Source: Alphaproteobacteria bacterium (lineage in GTDB: Bacteria > Pseudomonadota > Alphaproteobacteria > UBA828). Taken from it: a stretch of DNA of 64,000 nt. A program made the position numbers and the translations under genes. Positions 10,238-19,291 of this stretch are shown piece after piece; position 1 is the stretch's first letter, and the number at the start of each line of letters is the position of its first letter. Below the pieces are notes generated by a model. That model did no database searches. It was given only the letters and a program-made list of their open reading frames with translations, and was not told the DNA's origin. The stretch is taken from NCBI GenBank assembly GCA_963667785.2, contig CAXXMU010000001.1:992001-1056000 (forward strand), in the 5' to 3' direction.

Positions 10238-10744
10238 CTACTTCTGCCAGGTGCAGTCCGCTGTCAGGACCAAGCGGTTGCCCGGCAGGTGTTGCGCGTC
10301 GTAGGGGCATTGGCCGCTCAAGCCGACATACTTGCCGGTGCCGCCCAGCAATTCCCATCGGCCGGCACCGACGCTCCCCGCCTCGACCCCGCCGGCGCTT
10401 CTCTTCGCCCGCGCGTACCAACTGTCGCCGGAGGCATCGGCGAACGTGCAGGATGCCCGGATATCGGTGTCGGCCTCCGAAATCGTCGCATAGACTACGC
10501 ACGTCATGAGGTGAGCCGCTCCCTCGGCAAAGACTCCACCGCTACTCTGGAACACGGTGCTGGTCCCGGTCGAGCTGCCGCCGGTGACCTTCGCGCCGGC
10601 ATGGTCGATCGTCGTGTAGTCGTAAACGACGCTCATCAGCGCACGGAAACTGCCGCTCACCTCCGCCGCTGCGCCGTGAGTCCAGAACGCGAAGCCCATT
10701 GCAGCAATGGCCAACGCAGCTACCGTCATCCTTCCTGAATGCAT
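10238..10744 (-). CDS. Small secreted beta-rich protein with 4 Cys and a GGTG motif (allene-oxide-cyclase/dirigent-like barrel?)
   Basis: RBS GAGGAAAGGG before ATG 10744; signal peptide ending AAA|E; clear paralog of 59386..59889. Confidence 0.8.
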   Translation of the reverse strand: MHSGRMTVAALAIAAMGFAFWTHGAAAEVSGSFRALMSVVYDYTTIDHAGAKVTGGSSTGTSTVFQSSGGVFAEGAAHLMTCVVYATISEADTDIRASCTFADASGDSWYARAKRSAGGVEAGSVGAGRWELLGGTGKYVGLSGQCPYDAQHLPGNRLVLTADCTWQK

Positions 10745-11137
10745 CGCTGTCCCTTTCCTCAATGCCAGCCGATCGTGAGAATGGCGGGGTCGGCGCCTCC
10801 ATCGGCCGTCGAGAATGTGGCCGTGGCCCATCTCGCGCAGCCTCTCCTTCACGAGTTCGAGCTGAGCGCTCGCCTCGGTGAACTCTTGCAGATCCCTCAC
10901 GACCTGCGCCGGCGCCATGTTCACCCCGGCCCGGGCACTGGCGGGGGTGCCCGGCCATCTACAGGCGAACGTCTGTCCGCTGTGGGAAACGCCGACATCA
11001 TCCAGGCCGGTCTCCGGTGCCGCCGCGAGCTGCCTGGCGTCGGTGGCGAACTGCCCGATGCTTTGCCGAAGACCGAGAACCCTCTTCTTCAACCGACTGT
11101 ATTCCAGGAGCGTGTCGGCAGGCGCCGAGTCCATCAT
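10745..11137 (-). CDS. Hypothetical helical protein, in-frame read-through into the downstream secreted protein
   Basis: GAGGTG RBS before ATG; helical, charged sequence; no stop codon before 10744. Confidence 0.45.
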
Positions 11138-11347
11138 CTACTTCACCTCGTGCGATCGGTCTAAATGGCGGATCAAGAGGCCCAAGATCGCGAACCCGAT
11201 ACCCTTCCCGGCCGACGGCTGTCGCGACGGTCCCGGCATGGGCACGGGCCTTGCGTCGGGCAAGCTGCGCGTCATGGCCGAAGCCCCGCCGATGAAGCGA
11301 TTGATCGCCATCGATTATCGTGAACATGCTCGGCAATCGCGCCTGAG

Positions 11348-11881
11348 TTACCGCCGCAGGCGAATCCACAACCACCGGAGCGTGCCGACGGCCGCCGCCG
11401 CCGCAGTGGCGGCAATGAGCACCGTCTTGACCAGCGTGAACGTTGCCGCCAGCCATGCGAGCGGCGATGGCGACCCGGCATGGCTCAACGCCAGCCCCGC
11501 GACGGTCATGTTCTCCAGCATGTCGGCGGCCGCCATCGCGAGCGGCAGCAGAAAGAGCGGCGCCCCGCCCCGGAACAGGCGGAACAGCAGGATCGCCAGC
11601 AGCAGGCCGTAGGCGACGGGGAACGCCATGTCGATGGTGAGCCCGGTCGCCGCATAGACCAGCCTCGCGCTGGCGTCGAGCCGGTCGAGCCCGTCGAACA
11701 GGGCCGCAGCCTCGCCCGGCGTGTACCAGCCCCGGCTGTCCAGGAGCTCGAGGCCGCCCAGCCGCTGTTGCCGCCAGACCAGGCCCGCCACGCAGGCGGC
11801 GACGCCGGCCATTGCCGCGGCCGCCACCCGCCGGGTCGCGTATCGCCGCAGCGCCGAACGGATGAACATCGCCATCGCCAT
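11348..11881 (-). CDS. Hypothetical membrane protein (~4-5 TM)
   Basis: Several hydrophobic segments; D..FP..Y and AD..EN motifs. Confidence 0.7.
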   Translation of the reverse strand: MAMAMFIRSALRRYATRRVAAAAMAGVAACVAGLVWRQQRLGGLELLDSRGWYTPGEAAALFDGLDRLDASARLVYAATGLTIDMAFPVAYGLLLAILLFRLFRGGAPLFLLPLAMAAADMLENMTVAGLALSHAGSPSPLAWLAATFTLVKTVLIAATAAAAAVGTLRWLWIRLRR

Positions 11882-12169
11882 ACCCCGGTCGCAGCGGCTC
11901 GGCCAGCGGCATTCTCGCCACCCCTAGCCGAAGGCGCCAGCAGCGTGCCTCCGAACATGCCGCGGCGACATCGAGGTAGCTGGACACGGCGTTGTCATGT
12001 CCACCCTCGTGCCGTTAGTGGACTCGGTTCTGCACGTGGCGCAGACGGACGGATGGCAGGATCCCGAGCGGCGCTGCGCCGCGGCGAGCCCCCCGGCGAG
12101 GAGCGTCCTCGCTTTGGAGGTTTGACCGGCTCCTTGGGGCCCCTTTCGCGTGACTGCCGGCGCGGAGAG

Positions 12170-12290
12170 GGTGTGCGGCATTTTCAGGCGCCATGGCATC
12201 GCGGAGTCGTTCGGCGGCAGGCGCGCTGGCGGCCGCCCTCTCGCTCGCGGCCTGCGGCGGAGGCAGCGATACCGTGCCCCCCCCCCACAC
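12170..12290 (+). pseudogene. Deleted remnant of the 13668..14579 lipoprotein (leader and lipobox only)
   Basis: gcgctggcggccgccctctcgctcgcggcctgcggcggaggcagcgat matches ~13695-13742; joined at a C10 run (12277-12286) to sequence matching ~14725 onward. Confidence 0.7.
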
Positions 12291-12341
12291 AAACCGCGAC
12301 GTTGCCGGTGTCCACGATAACGGATCGAATTCGCGGGAAGA

Positions 12342-13070
12342 TTACGGCTGCGCTGCCTCTGTCGGCTGACCGGGAGTGCGCAGCGCGCCGAACACGCCCG
12401 CGAGGCCGTCCCGGTCGAAGGTGCCGGCTGCGCCTTCATGGTCCGCGCCGTAGAACGAGCCGTCGATATCCTGGGTCGCGCCCCCGAATGCGCCGTGGTC
12501 CAGGGTGAGCCCGGACCACGACATGTCCACCCGATCGTTGTCGAAGCTCGTGAGATCCACATCGACGGTCCCCGCCGCCAGGTCGACTTCCAGCCGCGAT
12601 TCGCCTTCCACCGGCGACGAGGTCGCTGTGGGCGTCGTCCCGGATTGCATGGCCTGCTTCTCGTAGGCACGGACAGCCCCGGTCCATACGGCGCTTCCGG
12701 CGGTCGGCGAGGTTCCCGATCGCTTGCCTTCCACCGATGCGACGATCGACCCGTCGAGCCCGGTATTCAGGTGTGCCCAGAATATGGGCTCGCCCGCGGG
12801 CGGACAGCCGATCGCCGTACAGGTGACCACGTCCGCACGCAGATCTCCTCCCCACAGTCCCCAGTTGTCGAAGTCGTGGTCCGGCGTGCCGTCGATCGCG
12901 GTAGTCCGGTACTCGCCCGTGGCGTGCAGCGTCGCGGTGGGAGGACTCATCGTCGAGCCGTCGCCCGACATCGTCGGGGAGACGCCGCTCCCCCCTCCGC
13001 CGCAGCCGGTCAGCGCCAGCGCGACCGCCGCGGCGATCGAAAGAACCAGTGGTGAGCAATTCATGGGCAT
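12342..13070 (-). CDS. Surface lipoprotein with TbpB/fHbp-like C-terminal beta-barrel
   Basis: Lipobox LTG|CGGGGSG; AVWTG; GSFYGADHEGAAGTFDRDGLAGVFGA terminus. Confidence 0.82.
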   Translation of the reverse strand: MPMNCSPLVLSIAAAVALALTGCGGGGSGVSPTMSGDGSTMSPPTATLHATGEYRTTAIDGTPDHDFDNWGLWGGDLRADVVTCTAIGCPPAGEPIFWAHLNTGLDGSIVASVEGKRSGTSPTAGSAVWTGAVRAYEKQAMQSGTTPTATSSPVEGESRLEVDLAAGTVDVDLTSFDNDRVDMSWSGLTLDHGAFGGATQDIDGSFYGADHEGAAGTFDRDGLAGVFGALRTPGQPTEAAQP

Positions 13071-13091
13071 GCCGCGTTACTCCTCATGCTG

Positions 13092-13125
13092 GCTCTAACG
13101 GGCCGAACGTGCTGCATATTGAAGA
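13092..13125 (-). promoter_or_regulatory. Degenerate operator copy 4 (GCTGCATATTGAAGA) upstream of the lipoprotein
   Basis: Partial match to the motif and to the flanks of copy 1; spacing is shortened. Confidence 0.4.
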
Positions 13126-13194
13126 TATCTTGGGCGACACTGTTGTCAGGCACACTCTGTCGATCTCCCCCCGCAATCCAGCCAGGTCGATGTG

Positions 13195-13254
13195 TCACCG
13201 CGCCGTTCGGTACAGCGACTCCAGGATGCGCAAGAAAGTATCGTCCGGGTTCAC
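13195..13254 (-). pseudogene. Truncated copy of the LuxR regulator (MNPDDTFLRILESLYRTAR*)
   Basis: Aligns to MNPDDAFQRILEALYRAAR at 5348; its upstream region (to ~13480) is homologous to 5349-5615. Confidence 0.85.
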
Positions 13255-13427
13255 GCCGCGTCCCCCCGGCGGCGCGTCCCTGCCGGTGTCGACCGCGAAG
13301 CGGATGGCTGGAGACCGGCGTCACTGCCCACGATACACCTCGCGCTGGCACTTCGATCGGCAACCGCTCCGGAGGACCACCGACCGCCGCAAGCCCGGAC
13401 AGGTCCGGTGCGGGGACCGCGCGGCGA

Positions 13428-13473
13428 AATCTAGGCGAAGCCCGGTAGTGCGGCCATCCTTCAAAATTGAAGG
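13428..13473 (-). promoter_or_regulatory. Palindromic operator copy 5 (CCTTCAAAATTGAAGG, 13458-13473) plus TAGATT (13428-13433)
   Basis: Identical to copy 2; 24 bp from the TAnnnT hexamer. Confidence 0.65.
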
Positions 13474-13667
13474 TAACGCCAAAGGGGACAAAGGCCTTCG
13501 CGGCCCGGCGCGGACATCCAACTCGCGGCGCAGGTCGGCGCGGCGCTGCGCCGCATCGCCGGGCGTGTAGGCGGCCTTTTCGAGTACGATGGCATTGTGG
13601 GGCATTCGGCGGCAGGTGCGCGACCGACTGCCTCCTGTGCGTCGATCGGCGGCAACGGGAGGCCCAC

Positions 13668-14579
13668 ATGAGACGCTATTCCGTGTGCGGCGTGGCGCTG
13701 GCGGCGACCCTCTCGCTCGCGGCCTGCGGCGGGGGCGGCGATAGCGTGTCCGAGAGGGCGCCCACATTGAGCGAGATCAGGGCGCTGACCGGCCTGTCGG
13801 CGCCGGTCGAGACGGCGGAGGCGGCGCAGGCGCGCAGCCTGGACATCTTCGCGCGCGCCGATTCCCTGATCCTGTCCACGATCCACGGGGAAACGGACAA
13901 TGCGGAGATTCCCACGTTCCGCCACACGACACAGTGCAGCGGATCGCGGTGCACCGTGACAGAGCCGCTGAGCGGCACCGTCGATACCATCGAGCTTGCC
14001 AACACCCCCCTCAGGCACGGCGCCGCTACCGCCATCGGCTCGAAGCACGGCATCACCCTGGTGTCGGAGGCCTCGGTCCATACGGGCGCGGACCTCGCCA
14101 GTCTCGGCGCCTGGCTGGAGCACGGTACGTTCGCGATCCTGAACGAGCGCCAGACCGGCGACGAGGGCACGGTCGACGTCTGGTACGGGATAATCGTGGG
14201 CGGCCTCACGGGAACCGCTCCGACCGGGCGCGCGACCTGGCTCGGCATCATGGTGGGAACGCCCGTCGCCGGGGAATCCCGCGGCGAGCGGCTCGTGGGA
14301 GACGCGGCCCTGACCTACGACTTTTCTTCCGGGGGCGGCGGGTCCGGGCCTTCCCTCGACGCCGCGTTCGGCGGGATCAAGAACATCGACCGCGGGGCGG
14401 CGCACACGGTCGAGACGGTGATCTTCTCCGACCTCGCGGTCGGTGCGGACGGGACCTTCGCGAGGGGCCAGTCCGGCGCGCGCATTCAGGGCGGCTTCCA
14501 CGGCTCCGGCCACGCCGAGGCGGCGGGCATCTTCGAGCAGTCCGACATCGTCGGCGCCTTCGGCGCGACGCGGCAGTAG
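13668..14579 (+). CDS. Surface lipoprotein with TbpB-like beta-barrel
   Basis: GGGAGG RBS; lipobox LAA|CGGGG; ATWLGIMVG; GGFHGSGHAEAAGIFEQSDIVGAFGATRQ. Confidence 0.85.
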   Translation: MRRYSVCGVALAATLSLAACGGGGDSVSERAPTLSEIRALTGLSAPVETAEAAQARSLDIFARADSLILSTIHGETDNAEIPTFRHTTQCSGSRCTVTEPLSGTVDTIELANTPLRHGAATAIGSKHGITLVSEASVHTGADLASLGAWLEHGTFAILNERQTGDEGTVDVWYGIIVGGLTGTAPTGRATWLGIMVGTPVAGESRGERLVGDAALTYDFSSGGGGSGPSLDAAFGGIKNIDRGAAHTVETVIFSDLAVGADGTFARGQSGARIQGGFHGSGHAEAAGIFEQSDIVGAFGATRQ

Positions 14580-14724
14580 ACGCGCCTCCGTATCGCCGGC
14601 TCCGCCGCGCGGCGGAGACGGTGCCCGCGGGCCGAATCGAGGAAGACGACGAGATGGGCATCGGCCAACGGCGACGGCCCCGCTTCACGCTCCAGGACGA
14701 GGCTCGGCGAACCGCTACCCCATC

Positions 14725-14878
14725 CCCCTGACACACGAACCGTGACGTCGCCGGCGTCCACCAAAACGGATCGGGTTCACGGGGAGATTACGGCCGCGCT
14801 GCTTCCGTCGCCCGACCGGGAGTGCGCAGCGCGCCGAACACGCCTGCGAGACCGTCCCGGTCGAAGGTGCCGGCTGCA
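14725..14878 (-). pseudogene. 3' remnant of a second copy of the 12342..13070 lipoprotein, ending ~60 bp from the integrase stop
   Basis: High similarity to ~12280-12432 (encodes AAGTFDRDGLAGVFGALRTPG..*). Confidence 0.8.
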
Positions 14879-14937
14879 CGAATGTCGGGAGGGGGCGCAC
14901 CGCACGGTCGTCATGGCAGTGCCGGAGCGAGCTGCCG

Positions 14938-16137
14938 TCACGAAATCGATGCCTGTCCGGAATACCCCGTCAGAACATCGGCGGCGATACTGTCGGAAAC
15001 CCGCGCCGCCGAGCCGCGCACCGAGTCCTTCGCAAGATGCGCGTAGCGCGCCGTCGTCTCGACCTGCGTGTGGCCCAGCAGGCGCCCGATCATCGGGAGC
15101 GATTCGCCGAGCGCCAGCGCGCGCGAGGCGTAAGAGTGGCGGCAATCGTGAATGCGAAGGTCCCCGAGCCCCGCGCGCTTGCGGATCGACTGCCAGGTGT
15201 CGTCGATGTTGCGCATCGGCCGTCCGGGGACCCGGCCCGGAATTACGTGCGGGTTGCCCTCGATGCGCGGCACCGCCGCCAGCACGTCCGCCGCCTCCGG
15301 CGAGAGCGAGACCGTGCGCGGCCCGGTCTTGGAGTCGCCGAGGCGAATCTCGTTCGCCTCCAGCTCCACCTCGTCCCACCGAAGGTTCAGGATCTCGCCC
15401 TTGCGGCAGCCGGTCAGCAGCAGCAGACGGATCGCCGCCACCGCATGCGCAGACACCCCCCATGTCTCCGCCTCGTCCAGCACCGCCCCCAGGCGCCGCA
15501 GCTCCTCGTCGGTGAGGAAGCGCTCGCGGCGGCGCTCCCGGTTCTTCGCCACCAGCCGGCACGGATTGTTGCCTGGCGGGATCAGCCCCCGGTCCGCGGC
15601 CGCGTTGTAGACCCGGGACAGCACGTCGACGGCCCGGTTCGCCATCACCGGCGTCTGCCGCAGGCTCTGGTGCAGCTCCGTCACGTGGCCGTGCCCGACC
15701 GCCAGCGCCGGCATCGCGCCGAGCGCCGGCACGATGTGCTTGCCCACCACCTGCCGGTAGGTCTCCGCCGTCTTCGGCTTGCAGTGCGCCGCGACATGGT
15801 CCTCCAGCCAGCGCCGGGCGAGCTCCGCCACCGTCGGACCTTCCCGCTGCGCCGACAGCGGCTCCGCCACCGCGTCCTCGCCCGCCTTGATGCGCGCGAC
15901 GATCAGCGCCGCCCGCCGGCGCGCCTCTTCGGCGCTGATCACCCCGTGCCGGCCCACCGTCACCCGCTTCGCCGCCTTGCCGCCCGCCCGGGTCTGCACC
16001 ACGTAATGCTTGCTCCCGCTGGGATAGACACGCACCCCGAAGCCCGACAGTTCGGAGTCCCAGAACACCGTGTCCTTCTCGACCTTCAGCGCCTCGACCG
16101 TGCGCCGCGAGATCGTCTTCGTCCGGAACCTCGCCAT
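14938..16137 (-). CDS. Tyrosine recombinase/integrase with N-terminal arm-binding domain
   Basis: FWDSELSGFGVRV arm domain; catalytic TGCRKGEI, DSKTG, HDCRH, LLGH, TARYAH. Confidence 0.96.
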   Translation of the reverse strand: MARFRTKTISRRTVEALKVEKDTVFWDSELSGFGVRVYPSGSKHYVVQTRAGGKAAKRVTVGRHGVISAEEARRRAALIVARIKAGEDAVAEPLSAQREGPTVAELARRWLEDHVAAHCKPKTAETYRQVVGKHIVPALGAMPALAVGHGHVTELHQSLRQTPVMANRAVDVLSRVYNAAADRGLIPPGNNPCRLVAKNRERRRERFLTDEELRRLGAVLDEAETWGVSAHAVAAIRLLLLTGCRKGEILNLRWDEVELEANEIRLGDSKTGPRTVSLSPEAADVLAAVPRIEGNPHVIPGRVPGRPMRNIDDTWQSIRKRAGLGDLRIHDCRHSYASRALALGESLPMIGRLLGHTQVETTARYAHLAKDSVRGSAARVSDSIAADVLTGYSGQASIS

Positions 16138-16148
16138 TACCCTTTTCC

Positions 16149-17348
16149 CTACGCCCCGGCTTCCGCCGCGCGCCGCCCGCCGCCGAACAGGTCGGCGCCG
16201 ATGCTCCCGCCCACCTTCGCCGCGGCCGCCTTCTCGGTGTCGCGCGCGAGATGCGCATAGCGCGCCGTCGTCGCGACCTTGCGATGCCCCAGCAGCTCGC
16301 CGATCATCGGCAGCCCCTCGCCGAGAGCCAGCGCCCGCGAGGCAAAGCTGTGGCGGCAGTCATGAATGCGCACGCCGTCCAGTCCGGCGCGCACGCAGAT
16401 GCGCCGCCAGGGCTCGTCGAGGTTCGACAGATGCGTCCCGGGCTTCCTGCCCGCGATCACCCAGGGGTTCTCCTCACTGCGCGGGATGCGGCCGAGCACC
16501 CAATCCACGGCCGGCGTCAGCGGCACCCGCCGCGTGCCCGTCTTCGCATCCGTCAGCCTGATCTCGCCCGCCGTGCGGTCGAGGTCGTCCCACCTGAGCC
16601 TCACGATCTCCATCTTGCGGCATCCCGTCAGCAGCAGGAGGCGGATCGCCGCGATCGCCGAGCCCATCACGGAGCCGTCCGCCTCCGCCGCGTCGAGCGC
16701 CGCGCCGAGCCGGCGGTATTCGTCTGTCGAGAGAAACCGCTCCCGCGGGCGCTCCCGGTAGCGCCGCACCGAGCGGCACGGGTTGCGGTCCGCCGGCACC
16801 AGCCCCCAGGCCTCTGCCAGGCTGTACATCCGGGCGACCGTGTCCACCGTGCGGTTGGCCTGGTAGGGCGTCTCGCGCATCCGGTCGTGCAGCGCCGCGA
16901 TGTGCGAGCGCTCCACCGCGGAGATTGCCAGCGCGCCGAGCTGCGGCACCACGTGCAGCCGGAGGATCGCCCCGAGCGTCTCGACGGTCTTGGGCCGGCA
17001 GTTCACCTCGACATGCGCCTTCATGAAGCGCTCCGCGAGATCGGCCACCGTGGGCTCCGGCTCCGGCTCGCGCGGCACCGGCTCCTCGCCACGCCTGATG
17101 CGGTCGATCATCGCCGCCGCCTGCCGCCGCGCCGCCTTGGGCTGCATCTTGCCGTGACGGCCGACCACGGCCCGCTTCGTTCCCCCCGAAGGCCCCCGCG
17201 CCTGTGCGATGTAGACCTTGCGCCCGCTGCGGTACACTCTCACCCCGAACCCCGGCAGGTCGCGGTCCCAGAACATCGTGTCGCGGCCTGTCGCGGTGAG
17301 CGCGTCCACGCTGCGCACGGTGAGCCTGAGACCGGTATCGCTCGACAT
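16149..17348 (-). CDS. Second tandem tyrosine recombinase/integrase, paralog of the first
   Basis: FWDRDLPGFGVRV; TGCRKMEI, DAKTG, HDCRH, LLGH, TARYAH all intact. Confidence 0.96.
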   Translation of the reverse strand: MSSDTGLRLTVRSVDALTATGRDTMFWDRDLPGFGVRVYRSGRKVYIAQARGPSGGTKRAVVGRHGKMQPKAARRQAAAMIDRIRRGEEPVPREPEPEPTVADLAERFMKAHVEVNCRPKTVETLGAILRLHVVPQLGALAISAVERSHIAALHDRMRETPYQANRTVDTVARMYSLAEAWGLVPADRNPCRSVRRYRERPRERFLSTDEYRRLGAALDAAEADGSVMGSAIAAIRLLLLTGCRKMEIVRLRWDDLDRTAGEIRLTDAKTGTRRVPLTPAVDWVLGRIPRSEENPWVIAGRKPGTHLSNLDEPWRRICVRAGLDGVRIHDCRHSFASRALALGEGLPMIGELLGHRKVATTARYAHLARDTEKAAAAKVGGSIGADLFGGGRRAAEAGA

Positions 17349-17463
17349 GTCCGCCCACTCCCTCGCTGACCCCAGCGACGCCGCCACCGGCATCGCCCGT
17401 GCATCCGAGCCCGTGGCTTGCCTCTCCCGCCCGGTGGCCGAATCGGACCGAAGTTGTCCTGCG

Positions 17464-17601
17464 CGGGACCGGTCCCGGATTGCGGAAGCGGATCGCAACC
17501 GACTGGAAACGAATGCGCGCCAATCAAAACCTGTTTCTGCCGCCGATGCAACAGGAGAAAAACAGTGGGGTCAAAATTATTCAGGCGATATCAACCTGTT
17601 A
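17464..17601. promoter_or_regulatory. Putative att-arm region: 14-bp palindrome, 10-bp-periodic imperfect repeats and an IHF consensus site
   Basis: CGGGACCGGTCCCG (17464-17477); CGGAAGCG/CGCAACCG/TGGAAACG (17483-17511); TATCAACCTGTTA (17589-17601) matches WATCAANNNNTTR. Confidence 0.45.
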
Positions 17602-17941
17602 CCGGACGCCTGTCCGCTCTTGGCATCCACGCGGAGCATGCCGCACCCGGTCCAGAGCATACACGATCTGCGTCGCGTCCAGGCGTTCGATCCGCCAGGA
17701 GCGGGCCGAATAGCGTAGCGGGGACTACGGTTGAGGCCCGCGACACCGCGGGCGGGCGCCTGGGCGCGACCCGAAGGGCGACGCTCTCCGGCCGACAGTG
17801 TGCGTCGAGGCGCTTGCCCGATGTCCCCGCATCGCGCTACGCGCCTCTCCTACCCTGTCGGCCGGACAGCGCCGCGCAGACCATGACCGTGGTGAGAAAT
17901 GCAGGCTAGCCGAGGCGCGCTCGGATGTCTGTGGTCCGCGC

Positions 17942-18472
<531 letters not shown>

Positions 18473-18530
18473 GGTTCATCTCCCGTTGGCGGCCACGCAT
18501 GTGGCCGACGCTAGTGTGTTTGTTGCACCA

Positions 18531-19226
18531 TCAATACGGTCTTTTCCCCTGACTTGGGAGTCGGGATGGCGTATCGGCGGCAGCGACCGCGGCCATGAAG
18601 GCGGCGAGCCGGGCCGGATCGAGGGCGCCATCCGTGCGCACGCCGGTGCAGAGATCGACGCCATAGGGGCGGACCCGGCGGATCGCGTCGGCCACGTTCT
18701 CCGCCCTGAGCCCGCCGGCGAGGAACACCGGGCAGGGCGAGTCCGCCACGATGCGCCGGCTGAGCGCCCAGTCGTGCACGCGCCCGGTGCCGCCCAGCTC
18801 CTTCACCGCGCGCGTCGGGTTGCCCGAATCGAGCAGCAGCCCGTCGACCATGGCGGCGATGCTGGCGGCCTCCGCCACGCTCTCCTCGCCGCGCACGTGG
18901 ATCACCTGCACGAGCCTCACGCCGGGCATCGCCTCCTTCAGCGCCGGGTAGGCGGCCGTCGCGAGCGCATCGCAGAGCTGGACGGTGTTGACGCCGCAGC
19001 GGCGCTGCTGGGCGACAATGGCGCCCGCCTCGGTCTCCGAGGTGAGCAGGAAGGTGCCGACGGCAGGCGGCACCGCGGCGGCGATCTCGGCGATCAGCGC
19101 CTCGGCGATTACGCCCGGCCCGCTCGGCATCGCCGAGACCAGCCCGAGCGCATCGGCGCCGGCGGCGACGGCGGCCTCGGCCTCCGCCCGGCTCGAGATG
19201 CAGCAGATCTTGATCCGCGTCCGCAC
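18531..19226 (-). CDS. trpF: Phosphoribosylanthranilate isomerase
   Basis: RIKICCI, LLLDS, GGTGRVHDW, FLAGGL, GVDLCTGV. Confidence 0.9.
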   Translation of the reverse strand: MRTRIKICCISSRAEAEAAVAAGADALGLVSAMPSGPGVIAEALIAEIAAAVPPAVGTFLLTSETEAGAIVAQQRRCGVNTVQLCDALATAAYPALKEAMPGVRLVQVIHVRGEESVAEAASIAAMVDGLLLDSGNPTRAVKELGGTGRVHDWALSRRIVADSPCPVFLAGGLRAENVADAIRRVRPYGVDLCTGVRTDGALDPARLAAFMAAVAAADTPSRLPSQGKRPY

Positions 19227-19291
19227 CGGTCTCGTTCGTATCGGCGGAGTGGCCCGGCCAGACGTCCCTGCCGTCCGGTCCCCGGGCGCGG

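Larger units (their letters stand above)
1..17600. mobile_element. Integrase-bounded surface-protein island (left end outside window)
   Basis: Tandem integrases at the right edge, pseudogenes, internal duplications, lower-GC patches, then an abrupt switch to dense metabolic genes. Confidence 0.6.

Noticed and set aside
12277-12286. C10 run after a lipobox as a phase-variation switch
   Set aside because: The downstream sequence matches the region beyond the intact gene's end, so this is a deletion junction with no gene body left to switch on.
4122-13473. Island palindromes as integrase core recombination sites
   Set aside because: The 2-bp spacer is too short for the usual 6-8 bp tyrosine-recombinase overlap, and the fixed distance to -10-like hexamers favours a transcription-factor site. 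Not formally excluded.
17682-17696. GGCG-TTCGATC-CGCC, a tRNA T-arm-like hairpin near the integrases (possible att remnant)
   Set aside because: Only a 4-bp stem; no acceptor stem, D arm, anticodon arm or CCA; could arise by chance.
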